64,000 bases of DNA from an uncultured delta proteobacterium (GCA_963816395.1 CAWFKQ010000016.1:710274-774273), one strand, 5' to 3'; positions 54,042-64,000 are shown, numbered from the stretch's first letter. Numbers and translations: made by a program. The notes: a model not told the origin generated them from the letters alone.

Positions 54042-54974
54042 TCAGCGGATCCACCCCTGCAGGATGGCCGTCAGGGTAGCCACGCTGACAATCAGCCAGA
54101 GGCTAATCCCCTGGGCAAAAGGGCGCATCCCCACCCGCTGCAGAACTTCCCGCGTCAATCCGGCGCCGATGAGGAAAAGCGTCACCACCAGCCCCTGACG
54201 GGCAATCGCCGAAATCCCCTGCCAGGCAAAATCGTACTGCGGCAGCAGAGAACGTACCCCCGCTGCCGCCAGAAAGCCGAGGATGAACAGCGGGAAGCGG
54301 ATTTTCCCCTCCGATTTCCTGAGCCAGGCCGCCCCGAGGGCGCACGGCATGATCCAGACCGCGCGGGCCAGTTTGACCGTGGTGCCGACTGCCAGCGCCG
54401 CCGCTCCGTAAGCTGCCGCCGCCCCGACCACGCTGCTGGTGTCGTGAATGGCCAGCGCCGCCCAGAGGCCGAATCCCCGTTGATCCAGGTGCAGCAGGTG
54501 GCCGATGAAAGGAAAAAGCAGCAGCGCCGCAGCATTGAGGGTGAAAACGGTGGCCAGGGCGACTGCCGTCTCCTCATCTTTCGACTTGAGCACCGGCGCC
54601 ATGGCGGCGATGGCGCTGCCGCCGCAAATGGCGGTGCCGAAGGCGATCAGGGCTGCAGTATTGGGGGCGGTGCCGAACCATCGGCCGAGCAAGCGGCCCA
54701 TGAGCAGGGTGAAGGTGATGCCGATGACAGTATAGAGTACCGCATCTTTACCGGTCGACCAGACCTCCCCGAGACTGAGACCGAAGCCGAGTCCGATAAC
54801 CGAATACTGCAGCAGCTTCTTGCTCCAGGCGGCAGCTGGGGCCGGCCAGGGATTGCCCAGAAAAAGGCTGAACAGGATCCCGGCCAGGAGCGCGGCCGGG
54901 GTCTTGATCCCGGGCCAGGCGCAAGCGGCCAGCAGCAGGAGAAAAAACGCCCTCTTCGCAGTATCGGACAGCAT
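54042..54974 (-). CDS. yeiH: YeiH-family putative sulfate exporter
   Basis: GTAICGGSAIAA, AIHDTSSVVGAA, TVKLARA, LFLIGAGL. Confidence 0.88.
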   Translation of the reverse strand: MLSDTAKRAFFLLLLAACAWPGIKTPAALLAGILFSLFLGNPWPAPAAAWSKKLLQYSVIGLGFGLSLGEVWSTGKDAVLYTVIGITFTLLMGRLLGRWFGTAPNTAALIAFGTAICGGSAIAAMAPVLKSKDEETAVALATVFTLNAAALLLFPFIGHLLHLDQRGFGLWAALAIHDTSSVVGAAAAYGAAALAVGTTVKLARAVWIMPCALGAAWLRKSEGKIRFPLFILGFLAAAGVRSLLPQYDFAWQGISAIARQGLVVTLFLIGAGLTREVLQRVGMRPFAQGISLWLIVSVATLTAILQGWIR

Positions 54975-55119
54975 CCGGAACCACCGTCGTCTGAATGGGT
55001 TGATGGCAGAGAGCCTGTCTCGGCGCCGAGGCGGTTCGATACCCCTGTAGCTTGCCGAGATATCAACCAATATAGGGTTGAAAAAAACATAAGTCCAATA
55101 TATAAATTTGAAATAAATG

Positions 55120-55134
55120 ATCAGATTTTCTGAT
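55120..55134. promoter_or_regulatory. LysR-type T-N11-A binding palindrome
   Basis: ATCAGA-TTT-TCTGAT in the AT-rich divergent yeiH/yeiE region. Confidence 0.65.
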
Positions 55135-56031
55135 ATGAAAAAACCTATCTCTTTGCGCCAACTGGAAATATTTGCCGCCGTAACCCGGCATGTGACGGTC
55201 ACCCGCGCCGCCAGCGAGTTGGGATTGTCACAGTCCGCCGTAAGCATGACCCTGGCCGAATTGGAAAAACAGCTCGGGGAGCGCCTTTTCGACCGCCTGG
55301 GGAAGAAGCTGCTGCTCAACGAGCGTGGCCGGAGCTTGCTGCCCCGGGTGGAAGAAATCCTTTGCCGGGTCGATGAGATCGGTCATCTGTTCGCACAGAG
55401 TGACGGCGGTCTGGAGGGGCAGCTGAAGGTGGGCACCAGTTCCACAGTCGGCAACTACCTGCTTCCCAGAATGATCGGGAATTTTGCCGCGAATTATCCG
55501 GCGATCCGTATCCTGCTGGAGGTCGGCAACACGGCCCAGGTCATCCAGGCCTTGCTGCGGTTCGACATCGATCTGGGAATTATCGAAGGTTACTGCCACG
55601 ACGCTGCCGTCGAGACCATCCTTTGGCGCCGGGATCGCCTGGCGGTTTTTGCCGGCAAGGACCATCCGCTGGCGTGCAGGAAGAAGGTGACCGCTGCGGA
55701 TCTGGCCGAGGCGGGCTGGATTTTGCGCGAGCGCGGTTCGGGAACGCGTGAGGTGTTCGAAGCTGCGGTGGCGGGAAAGATCGACCGGATCAGTGTTCTT
55801 CTGGAACTCGGGCATACCGAGGCAATCAAACAGGCGGTGGCGGCGGGGCTCGGCATCAGCTGCCTGTCGGTGCTGGCCCTGGAGCAGTCCTTGGCTGCCG
55901 GAACGGTGGTTGAACTGGAGACCCCCTTCCTGAACCTGGAGAGGTTTTTCTCCATTCTGATGCACAAGGAAAAATACCGGACAGCGGTGTTGCGGCAATT
56001 CCTGGAGTTCTGCATGGAAAATTCGGCTTGA
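55135..56031 (+). CDS. yeiE: LysR-family regulator (YeiE-like), divergent from yeiH
   Basis: SLRQLEIF..HTH SQSAVS, GTSSTVGNYLLP, VGNTAQV, WILRERGSGTR, LGHTEAIKQAV. Confidence 0.9.
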   Translation: MKKPISLRQLEIFAAVTRHVTVTRAASELGLSQSAVSMTLAELEKQLGERLFDRLGKKLLLNERGRSLLPRVEEILCRVDEIGHLFAQSDGGLEGQLKVGTSSTVGNYLLPRMIGNFAANYPAIRILLEVGNTAQVIQALLRFDIDLGIIEGYCHDAAVETILWRRDRLAVFAGKDHPLACRKKVTAADLAEAGWILRERGSGTREVFEAAVAGKIDRISVLLELGHTEAIKQAVAAGLGISCLSVLALEQSLAAGTVVELETPFLNLERFFSILMHKEKYRTAVLRQFLEFCMENSA

Positions 56032-56090
56032 TGGACGCGTCGATCAGGGCAGGGGCATTGGAACAAATAGAGCGATAGGAGATAATGCCG

Positions 56091-56115
56091 AAAGGCGGCC
56101 GCAAAGGCCGCCTCT
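56091..56115. terminator. Hairpin between convergent genes
   Basis: AGGCGGCC-GCAAA-GGCCGCCT flanked by AAA. Confidence 0.55.
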
Positions 56116-56150
56116 GGCGAGAGGCAGGGTAGTTTCAGGAGACTTTCCTT

Positions 56151-56330
56151 TCAGGGACCAAACGGGGTCGGTGTGCTCTTGGTGATGACCTCCAGAGGAA
56201 CCAGGGACTGGCCGCAGCAGGCGAATTCCCGTTTCCGCGCTTCTGAAACCTCGTATTTCCCCTTACAAGCTTTGCATTCATAGACTTCCTTTTTTTCCGT
56301 GCTCTTGGCAGTTTTTTCTTTTTCTTCCAT
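56151..56330 (-). CDS. Small CxxC...CCG metal-binding protein (59 aa)
   Basis: YECKACK...FACCGQSL; AAGGAG SD upstream. Confidence 0.7.
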   Translation of the reverse strand: MEEKEKTAKSTEKKEVYECKACKGKYEVSEARKREFACCGQSLVPLEVITKSTPTPFGP

Positions 56331-56634
56331 TTCTGTCTCCTTTCCTTCCGGCAGGTTCGGGGAATATCTTCCCTCCATGCCCCAGGTCGGGGAAAATCTC
56401 TCTTTAAACCCTACCATTGACGATTTTCGTGTCAAACGTCCTTCCTTTCGGCAGGCGGTGTTATCTCCGATCCTCAGGAAGCGGATGATTAAGTTTTGAC
56501 ATTTCTCATGTAGTCCATTACTTTAAAACACAATTTGGTTTGGAGAAAAGCCTTGCAGTTCCATTCTACCCTTATGAGAAAAGGTGCATATCCGACTTCG
56601 CAACTGAATCTTGATTTTTCATCAGGAGGGGCCG

Positions 56635-59600
56635 ATGCAAACCGTCCTTGCGCAAATCAAAGCCCGTGTACCCGCCAACAAGTTCTTCCCGCCCCAGGTC
56701 GACCCCACAAACCATCTCTTCCGCTCCCGTCTGGTGCAGGATCTGCTCGGCAGAAAAGGAGGCCGCAGAAGGATCTCCCTCATCGAAGCCCAGGCGGGCC
56801 AAGGGAAAACCACTCTCGCCGCCCAGTATCTCGATCATTTCAAAAAGAGATTTGCCTGGTATCAGGTCGGCCCCGAAGACAGTGATCCCATCCTTTTGCT
56901 GATTGCTCTGCTATCATGTCTCCTGAGCACTCTTCCGGATTTCTGCTCTCCCGTGTTGGAATCTGCACTCCCCAATGGTGAGGTTTCCCCCCTCGACCTT
57001 CCCCGCTTCGTCAACCTGCTCCTCAGCGATCTGGGCTCCCATTTAAAACAAGAATTCTGGCTTATTTTCGACGACGTCCATCTTCTAGAAGGAGCGCAGG
57101 CGAGCGTGGCGGTGCTGGGGCAGATCCTGCAGACCGCTCCGCCCAACCTGCACCTGCTCCTCCTCACCCGCCGGGCCGCAGGATTGGACCTTCCAATTCT
57201 CCAGTATGGTCGCGATACCTTCCGCCTGGGCAACCGGGATCTGGCCTTATCCCCGGCAGAGATCGACACCCTTTACAACGAGATCCTGCAGATCCCGATT
57301 TCCGCGGACCAAGCGCGGAAGATCCACGACACCACCGAAGGGTGGACCATGGGGCTGGTTCTGGCGGCCCATGGGCTGGCCGAGAAATCCAGTGCCGCCA
57401 AGGAAAACAAAGCGTTGCGAAAAAGCCTCATGGCGGATTACTTCCAGCATGAGATTTTTACGCATGTTCCCCCGGAGTTGAGCCGGGCCATGTTGAAACT
57501 CTCCCTTCTGGAGGTCATCCCTTTGCCGTTGGCTGAGAAAATCTCCGAGGTGGATGATATAGGGGAGAGGCTGCGCGGGCTGGCAAAAAGCAACTTCTTT
57601 GTCCGCATCCTGGATGAGAATGGTACCGTTTTCCGTTTCCACCACCTATTCCAGGAATTTTTGCAGAAACAGGCCAAGGCGGAACTGAAGTCCGGGGAGA
57701 TCGATGAGACATTTGAGGAGGCTGCAGCCTTCTGTCTTGCGCACGATAAGCCAGAAAGCTCCATGCGTTACTATCTGAAGGCGAAAAATTTTCGGGTTTT
57801 GGAAAATGTTCTGGAAAAAGAGGGGATGGTTCTTTACGGCATGGGCCAGGCCGGAACGATCATAGGAATATTGAGAAGCGTTCCGGAGGGGGAAATCCGC
57901 CGGAGAGGATATCTGTCCCTGTTTTTCGGACTGGCTTTGCTTAACGAAAATCCTCCAGAGGCCCTGCCACATCTGCAAAGGGCAAGAGAGGTCTTTGCGG
58001 CCGGGCGCAATGAGATGGGGGAACTCCTGGCTCTCAGCCAGATGATCAATTTTCTACTCTATATGAGCTGCGAGTACGACCAGGGGATTCCCCTGTTGCG
58101 GCGCGCCGAGGAAATATACCAAAAAATCAGCCACTTCCCGGATGATCGATTTCATATTGACGTCCTTTTGAATCTTGCCGGAGGCTATTGTTATTTCGAG
58201 GGCAATTTGGATGCGGCCCGATGTTTTGCCCAGAAAGCTTTAGAATTGGCTGAAAAGCATGACCTGAATCCTCAGGTTGTCATTGCCAGATTTAGCATCG
58301 GCACCACGAACTGCTTTGCCGGCAACTGGAGTGCGTTCAAAGAGGAGATCGAAAAAACATTCATCATTTCCGGAAACCCCCATTTAACCTCCCTGATCAA
58401 GCTATGGCTCTTTTACATGCCCCTCAACTACTACGCGGTTTCTGGGGATGTGGAAAAGTTTTGCCACCTAGCCGACCATGCCCGGGAAACGCTGAAGTGG
58501 AACATGGTGGCAGGAAGCGCCGTTGAGCCTTTCAACGCTCTGTTTGAAAACGACGGACGGCTCGGCCGGGGCGAGATTCAAAAGGCCCGGCGCCTGGTGG
58601 AAAAAGGCCTGTCATTGAGGATGGCGGCCGCCAACTCTCACCTGCGGAGCCAATTTCTTCACTATCAGGCTTATATCGCCAGCCTGTCAGGAGACCGGAC
58701 GACCGCCCTCTCTTCGGCGGAAGAATCCCTGCGCCTGCGGCAATTGGCTGGAGGAAAGGTGTTCGTCGCACTCAATGAAATGATTATCGGCGGAACCTAT
58801 GTGCAGCTTGGGATGAAGGAGAAGGCGGAAGCCCATCTGGCCAAGGCCATCGAAGGATCCAGGGAACTCGACGAGAAATTTTTGCGGGCGGGGGCGTTCG
58901 CTCACCGGGCGTACTTGAAACTGCATGGAGATGATCCCCGAGAGGCCTTCCAGGATATCCGGGAATGCCTGGGATGCATGCGGGAGAACGGCTACCCCCA
59001 TTTCTTCAGTTGGACGCCGACGTTGATGAAACCTCTCCTTGAGCTGGCGGTTAAAGAAAGAATCGAGATCGATTACGCCCGTTATCTGGTCCGCGAACGG
59101 CTTGGAGTGAGCATCCTCGAAGACGGCACATCCATTCCCCTGCTGGAAATCCGCACCCTGGGTGGCCTGGCCCTCACGGTGGCGGAGAAGACGGTCCTGG
59201 CGGCCCAGGATCTGACCCGAGGCCAGCGCGACCTGCTGGCCCACCTTATCGCCGCGCCGGGGCTCAAACGCTGCCAGGAAAAGATTCAACACGACCTGTG
59301 GCCGGAGGCCGCCCCCGAGAAGGCCCGGGCCAACCTGGACAATCTGCTGCTGCGGCTGCGCAAGACGTTAGGACAGGCGGTTGGGCCGCGACAGGTGAAG
59401 CATTACCTCTCTCTGCAGAAGGGGATCCTCTGTCTGGAGAACTGCCGGATCGATGCGGTGGAGTTCACCAAAAAGGCTCGCAAGGGGCTGGAGCACTTCC
59501 GTAAAAAGGAGTTCTGGCAGGCGGGCAACGCCTTCTTCTCGGCGCACAATCTGTGGAAGGGCGCTTTCCTCCCCAGCGGCTCGGGCGCCGACGCCGTTCG

Positions 59601-59895
59601 GGATTTTCGGGACGGAGTGGAGGGGCTATTCATCGACTCCTCCCTCCGATGGGGGGAGATTCTGGCAATGACCGGCCGGACCGATGAAGCCGTACAGGTG
59701 TTGGAGAAAGCCATAAAACACGGCCGGACCCACGACGAACTCAACCGGCGGCTCTATGCCCTGCACCTCCAGGCGGAAAACCTGCCCGCTGCCCGGGCCG
59801 CGTTGAAGGGATACGAGGCGGCGCTACGGCGGGAGGAGTTTTCCGAAGAGGAGATCGGGGAGATTCTGGAGGGGGTGGTAACGGCATCGACCTGA
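56635..59895 (+). CDS. MalT-like STAND ATPase with TPR sensor and C-terminal wHTH-BTAD (SARP-type) output
   Basis: AQAGQGKTT, LIFDDVH, TEGWTMGL, FRFHHLFQEFL; C-terminal IRTLGGL, LWPE..EKARANL..LLLRLRKTLG, IDAVEF, LWKGAFL. Confidence 0.9.
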   Translation: MQTVLAQIKARVPANKFFPPQVDPTNHLFRSRLVQDLLGRKGGRRRISLIEAQAGQGKTTLAAQYLDHFKKRFAWYQVGPEDSDPILLLIALLSCLLSTLPDFCSPVLESALPNGEVSPLDLPRFVNLLLSDLGSHLKQEFWLIFDDVHLLEGAQASVAVLGQILQTAPPNLHLLLLTRRAAGLDLPILQYGRDTFRLGNRDLALSPAEIDTLYNEILQIPISADQARKIHDTTEGWTMGLVLAAHGLAEKSSAAKENKALRKSLMADYFQHEIFTHVPPELSRAMLKLSLLEVIPLPLAEKISEVDDIGERLRGLAKSNFFVRILDENGTVFRFHHLFQEFLQKQAKAELKSGEIDETFEEAAAFCLAHDKPESSMRYYLKAKNFRVLENVLEKEGMVLYGMGQAGTIIGILRSVPEGEIRRRGYLSLFFGLALLNENPPEALPHLQRAREVFAAGRNEMGELLALSQMINFLLYMSCEYDQGIPLLRRAEEIYQKISHFPDDRFHIDVLLNLAGGYCYFEGNLDAARCFAQKALELAEKHDLNPQVVIARFSIGTTNCFAGNWSAFKEEIEKTFIISGNPHLTSLIKLWLFYMPLNYYAVSGDVEKFCHLADHARETLKWNMVAGSAVEPFNALFENDGRLGRGEIQKARRLVEKGLSLRMAAANSHLRSQFLHYQAYIASLSGDRTTALSSAEESLRLRQLAGGKVFVALNEMIIGGTYVQLGMKEKAEAHLAKAIEGSRELDEKFLRAGAFAHRAYLKLHGDDPREAFQDIRECLGCMRENGYPHFFSWTPTLMKPLLELAVKERIEIDYARYLVRERLGVSILEDGTSIPLLEIRTLGGLALTVAEKTVLAAQDLTRGQRDLLAHLIAAPGLKRCQEKIQHDLWPEAAPEKARANLDNLLLRLRKTLGQAVGPRQVKHYLSLQKGILCLENCRIDAVEFTKKARKGLEHFRKKEFWQAGNAFFSAHNLWKGAFLPSGSGADAVRDFRDGVEGLFIDSSLRWGEILAMTGRTDEAVQVLEKAIKHGRTHDELNRRLYALHLQAENLPAARAALKGYEAALRREEFSEEEIGEILEGVVTAST

Positions 59896-60043
59896 GCGGG
59901 AACCTCCAACTTCCGGAATGCCAGTGGTACCGAGTTGTTCTTGACCCGCGATGAGCACTGGCAGGAGCGGCCTGCCTTGTTGGGCATTGAAATGACTACA
60001 ATTGTGTGCTAAAAAAGATGTGAATCATAGCATAGGAGCCACC

Positions 60044-60328
60044 ATGCCGATCAACCTTACCGAAGATATCCGTTCGGTCACCGAACTTAAGCGCAATACA
60101 CGGGAAATTTTCGATCACCTGCATGCCTCCGGCCGGCCGGTGGTGCTGACCGTCAACGGCCGCGCCGATGCGGTGATGCTGGAGGCCAAGACGTATGACA
60201 GGCTGCTCTCAGCCGCCAATCTCGCCCGGCTGCTGGCCCCCGCAGAGGAGCAGGCCGCCGAAGGACGCACTCGCCCGGCCCGCGAATTCCTCAAAGAGCT
60301 GAAGCGTGGCCGCAACATTCCGGATTGA
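60044..60328 (+). CDS. Phd/YefM-family antitoxin
   Basis: EDIRSVTELKRN, RPVVLTVNGRADAV. Confidence 0.9.
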   Translation: MPINLTEDIRSVTELKRNTREIFDHLHASGRPVVLTVNGRADAVMLEAKTYDRLLSAANLARLLAPAEEQAAEGRTRPAREFLKELKRGRNIPD

Positions 60329-60620
60329 GATTACGCCGACCGCCGAACGGGATATTGAGGCGATATGGGATTACATCGCCCAGGACAGCCCTGAGAATGC
60401 ATCGGTCTTCCTCGGCGTCCTGGAAAGTCAGTTCGACACCCTGGAGCGATTTCCCGAACGCTGCCCACTTATCCTCGAAAATGAAATTCTGGGTACTTCA
60501 TACCGGCACCTTTTATATGGCAGATACCGCACAATCTTTCGCATCGGCGGCAAGGCGGTGATCATCCTCCGGGTCATCCACGGGTCGCGGCTTTTGGACG
60601 AATCCCTCTTCACTCCCTGA
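60306..60620 (+). CDS. RelE/ParE-family toxin
   Basis: ITPTAERDIEAIWDYIAQDSPENA, LERFPERCP, YRTIFRI, ILRVIHGSR. Confidence 0.9.
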   Translation: MAATFRIEITPTAERDIEAIWDYIAQDSPENASVFLGVLESQFDTLERFPERCPLILENEILGTSYRHLLYGRYRTIFRIGGKAVIILRVIHGSRLLDESLFTP

Positions 60621-61006
60621 CCCGCCGACGTCCCCTGCCGCATCCTGCTCTCCGGGAGGGGATTCAGACCTTTCTTGTTCAAAATCACACAAAAGGGGTC
60701 GGGCAGAAGAGATGTTTGTAGACGCGACCTTGTCCGCGACTGGCGCTCGCCGGTGACAAGGTTGAGCAAATTCCGGCCGCGGTCGTCGGCTCTTCCGGCT
60801 AGCCGCTCCCCTGCGCCAATCCTTCCCTCCCGCAAAGTCACTTCCGGTCGCTGTTCAACCATCCCAAAATTCTGTGCGAAAAAAATTCCGATATTTTTCC
60901 CATCGGTACCTGAATGAGAGAAAAATCTCAGATTTCATCAGTATGATGTCGAGACAAACTGGAGTGGTAGCGAATTTTGGGATTGCATTTAAATAGGAGG
61001 ATTCAA

Positions 61007-62872
61007 ATGAAGAGTTTGAGATGGCTGGCTATTGGTATGACAGTGATTTCTCTAAGCCTTACTGGCTGTGGCGGTGGTGGGGGCGAAAACAATCCTTCGG
61101 GGACCACCGATTTACTCACCGGTACGTATGAAGTCCAATGGTCTGGAATGGGTCCAGGTGCGGAACCCGACCACTGGACATTCAGTCAGAGCGGGTCGGA
61201 TATTTCAGCAACCTTTTCCGATGACCTCAGTGATCAGTTTCTTTCCGGGACCCTGGGAGGAAACGCCCTTTCGTTTACAGTCACGGGTGCTCAATTTTCA
61301 GGTACCTATGCCAATGGTAGCTTTTCTGCCCAGACTACAATCAACGGCCAAACATACGGCGTGACTGGACAAAAAGATAGCAACTTTCAAGCAACCGAAA
61401 TCAATATTCCTTCACGAACCATTACAGTCGACGGTTCTCCCGGCGACTGGGCAGGAATATCCCCTGTCATCACTGATCGAACCAGCGATGTTTCCACCGT
61501 GTCGGGTTGCGATATAAAAGATGTGTATGTCGCTGAAGATTCTCAAAACTTTTACGCCCTCATTACGACTGCGAATGGAGCCCCGGCGGACAACCTATAC
61601 ATCGGCTTCGACGTTTACCCTCACCCTGGCCAGAAAGCCGGAGACAGATTCATCTTTATCAATTTCCCGGATAGTGTGTCCGTCGAGTCACGTAATCAGG
61701 ACACGAGTGGGTACCACACCTTTGTAGCTGTCGGCACATTGGCAGTGAACGGTTCAACCATTGAATTATCTGTTCCGTTGTCCGCCCTTAACCCGGCAAC
61801 AAAATCTTACCTTACTGTTCATGATGATGCTGACATCAATAATGTGGAAACTAATCTAGATGAGACTGCGAGAGTCACTTTGGATTTCCCAGAGGGTCCG
61901 ACTTACTCAACCTCGGATTTAAACGGAACTTGGTCAGAACACCAGCTTTCTGCCGCAGATAGCCCAGTTTGGTTCGGGTGGAGTTACAGCGATGTCACCT
62001 TTGACAACGGCACAGCCACCGCTTCGAACAATTACGAAAGTCCTGGGGTGGCTGCCCCAAGTAATTCTTTAAGCAATTTCTCTGTTTCGCCAGAGGGGAT
62101 AGTAACTAATCCAGCGTATGACATCCACGGCGTATTGAGTCAAAATAAAAACATCATCGTCGGCACGTACACGGATGACTCCGCCCCCGCTCTCGGATTT
62201 TTTATTAAAAGAGAGAGCACCGTCTTTTCTTCATCCGATCCCGTCGGCACATGGGATTTCAATGCCCTCGAAGTTGGCGACAAGGCATCAGCCAATTGGT
62301 GGGGTTATGGGGAGGCAACCATTTCCTCTGCCGGAACGGTTTCGCTGTCTGGAACCATATCCGACGGAAGTAATTTCAATAGCTCGTCCGATTTTGTCAT
62401 AGCTTCAGATGGGACGATTACAAGCAACAGCAATCCTACGATTGACGGGTTCATGAATGCCGACAAGAACCTGATGGTATTGTCATATAGTGATTATAAT
62501 GGTACCGGAAATCCCGGTATCATGATTTTTGTGAAAGCCGGAGCTTCTTTCACCCAGGCGGATCTGGTCGGAACTTGGTCTTGGCATGCCCTCAGGGCAC
62601 AGGACAGCTCAAATTTTTGGGCATACGGTGATATGAACATTGATGCAAGCGGCAATACAACAATGTCCCCGGCAACATTCTCTGATGGAACATCCGCCAC
62701 CCCTACGGTCGAAGGTCCCCTGGTGCTGGCCAGTGACGGGACAATCTCAGCAGCCGGGGACCACACTCTTCACGGGGTTCTGGATCGTGACGAAGGGCTG
62801 ATGGTCTGGACTGTGACGAGCAATAATTCCTCAGGTGCTGGTCCGTCCCTCTGGATCGGTTTAAAACGGTAA
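61007..62872 (+). CDS. Large Ser/Thr/Gly/Asp-rich lipoprotein with a CBM9/DOMON-like segment and three C-terminal repeats
   Basis: AGGAGG SD; lipobox LTGC then GGGGG; ITVDGSPGDW...DIKDVYVAED; three repeats starting SDLNGTW, SDPVGTW and ADLVGTW; GC visibly lower than the host. Confidence 0.82.
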   Translation: MKSLRWLAIGMTVISLSLTGCGGGGGENNPSGTTDLLTGTYEVQWSGMGPGAEPDHWTFSQSGSDISATFSDDLSDQFLSGTLGGNALSFTVTGAQFSGTYANGSFSAQTTINGQTYGVTGQKDSNFQATEINIPSRTITVDGSPGDWAGISPVITDRTSDVSTVSGCDIKDVYVAEDSQNFYALITTANGAPADNLYIGFDVYPHPGQKAGDRFIFINFPDSVSVESRNQDTSGYHTFVAVGTLAVNGSTIELSVPLSALNPATKSYLTVHDDADINNVETNLDETARVTLDFPEGPTYSTSDLNGTWSEHQLSAADSPVWFGWSYSDVTFDNGTATASNNYESPGVAAPSNSLSNFSVSPEGIVTNPAYDIHGVLSQNKNIIVGTYTDDSAPALGFFIKRESTVFSSSDPVGTWDFNALEVGDKASANWWGYGEATISSAGTVSLSGTISDGSNFNSSSDFVIASDGTITSNSNPTIDGFMNADKNLMVLSYSDYNGTGNPGIMIFVKAGASFTQADLVGTWSWHALRAQDSSNFWAYGDMNIDASGNTTMSPATFSDGTSATPTVEGPLVLASDGTISAAGDHTLHGVLDRDEGLMVWTVTSNNSSGAGPSLWIGLKR

Positions 62873-62876
62873 TGCA

Positions 62877-64000
62877 CTAACAGGCTGTTGAAAAACAATT
62901 CGTCCAAGCCCCTGATTTTACTAGAAGCGGGGTCATGATTTTGCTATAATTTCGCGTATAAAATTCGTTTTTGCAGGAGAATATGTTATGCGCGGCGAAG
63001 ACCAGAACCAGCAGGCCATGTTCAGTTACGTATCCCCTGAAGCACGGGTTCCAAAGGATCATCCCTTCGACCGATCCGGATCATGGTCGATAACGCCCTG
63101 AATGATCTGTCGCCCTTGTTTCGGGAGATGTATTCGCATACCGGACGGCCGTCCATTCCGCCTGAGCAGATCTTGCGTGCCCTTTGCTGCAAGTGCTCTA
63201 CTCGATTCGCAGCGAGCGGATGCTGGTGGAGCAACTGGATTATAATCTGTTGTTTCGTTGGTTCGTCGGGCTTTCCATGGACGACAGGGTCTGGAATCAT
63301 TCCACGTTCTCCAAGAACCGGGAGCGCCTGATGCAATTCGAGGTGGCGACAGCCTTCTTCCAGGCCACAAGGGGCTGGCGGAGCGGGCCGGATTGATGTC
63401 GAAAGACCATTTCACCGTGGATGGAACCCTGATCGAAGCCTGGGCCTCGATGAAAAGTTTCCGCCCCAAGGATGATCAGGATCAAGACCCGCCAGAGGAG
63501 GGCGGCCGCAATCCTGATGTCGATTTCAAAGGGCAGAAGCGTAAGAACGATACCCATCAGTCCACCACCGATCCCGATGCCCGCCTGCTTAAAAAGGGCA
63601 AAGGCAAGGAGTCCAAACTCTGTTCATGGGGCATGCCCTCATGGAAAACCGTAACGGCCTGGTGGTCGACACCGTTTGACTCAGGCCAACGGAACCGCCG
63701 AAAGGGATGCCGCCCTGGAGATGATCGAAAATCTGCCGGGGACGAAGCAGATACGGTCGGTGCGGACAAGGACTACGATATCCCGACTTTCGTCGATGGT
63801 CTGCGGCGGCTGCTGGCCACCCCGCATGTGGCTCAGAAAGAAAAGGGACCGCAATTGATGGTCGGACCACCCGGCATGTGGGTATCAGGTCAGCCACGCA
63901 TCCGCAAACGGATCGAAGAGATCTTCGGCTGGTCAAAAACGATCGGTGGCCTGCGTAAGACGCGGCACCGAGGGCTGGAGCTGGTCGGCTGGATCTTCGA
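62877..64000 (+). mobile_element. IS5-family (DUF772-type) insertion sequence; transposase from 62988 with many frameshifts; runs off the window end
   Basis: End motif CAGGCTGTTGAAAAA; MRGEDQNQQAMFSYVSPEARVPKDHP, GRPSIPPE, YSIRSERMLVEQLDYNLLFRWFVG, HFTVDGTLIEAWAS, STTDPDARL, RKRIEEIFGW. Confidence 0.92.

Noticed and set aside
56539..56558. Sigma-54 promoter upstream of the STAND gene
   Set aside because: GG-to-GC spacing is 11 rather than 10.

Overview
A GC-rich chromosomal window whose gene content suggests a Desulfuromonadales-like bacterium (Desulfuromonas/Geobacter relatives); this placement is inferred, not verified. It holds about 55 mostly housekeeping and accessory genes: a ClC channel, histidine kinases, an NlpC/P60 peptidase, clsB, threonine aldolase, a stand-alone rpsD, MATE, a GT2/flippase cluster, an AsrB-like/FdhA/AsrA-like formate dehydrogenase operon, two toxin-antitoxin pairs, ilvB with a valine leader-peptide attenuator, a KaiC-like ATPase with a hybrid kinase, a complete IS21 with 5-bp target duplication, an orphan MotA/MotB-like stator pair, DUF4388-PilT, srkA, a MacAB-type exporter, yeiH/yeiE, a MalT-like STAND-BTAD regulator, a low-GC repeat lipoprotein and a broken IS5-like element. 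Many genes carry single-base frameshifts, most likely long-read consensus errors. The most interesting observations are: (1) an orphan stator-like pair whose B subunit has a long coiled coil and no OmpA domain, with no flagellar, Ton/Tol or Zorya partners; (2) two about 113-nt paralogous candidate sRNAs with CU-rich anti-Shine-Dalgarno motifs flanking the MacAB operon; (3) a valine-only attenuator on an ilvB that lacks ilvN; (4) an rpsD paralog with a rearranged metal-binding Cys set. No rRNA, tRNA or CRISPR array was seen. All family calls come from motif recognition by eye; no database was searched.
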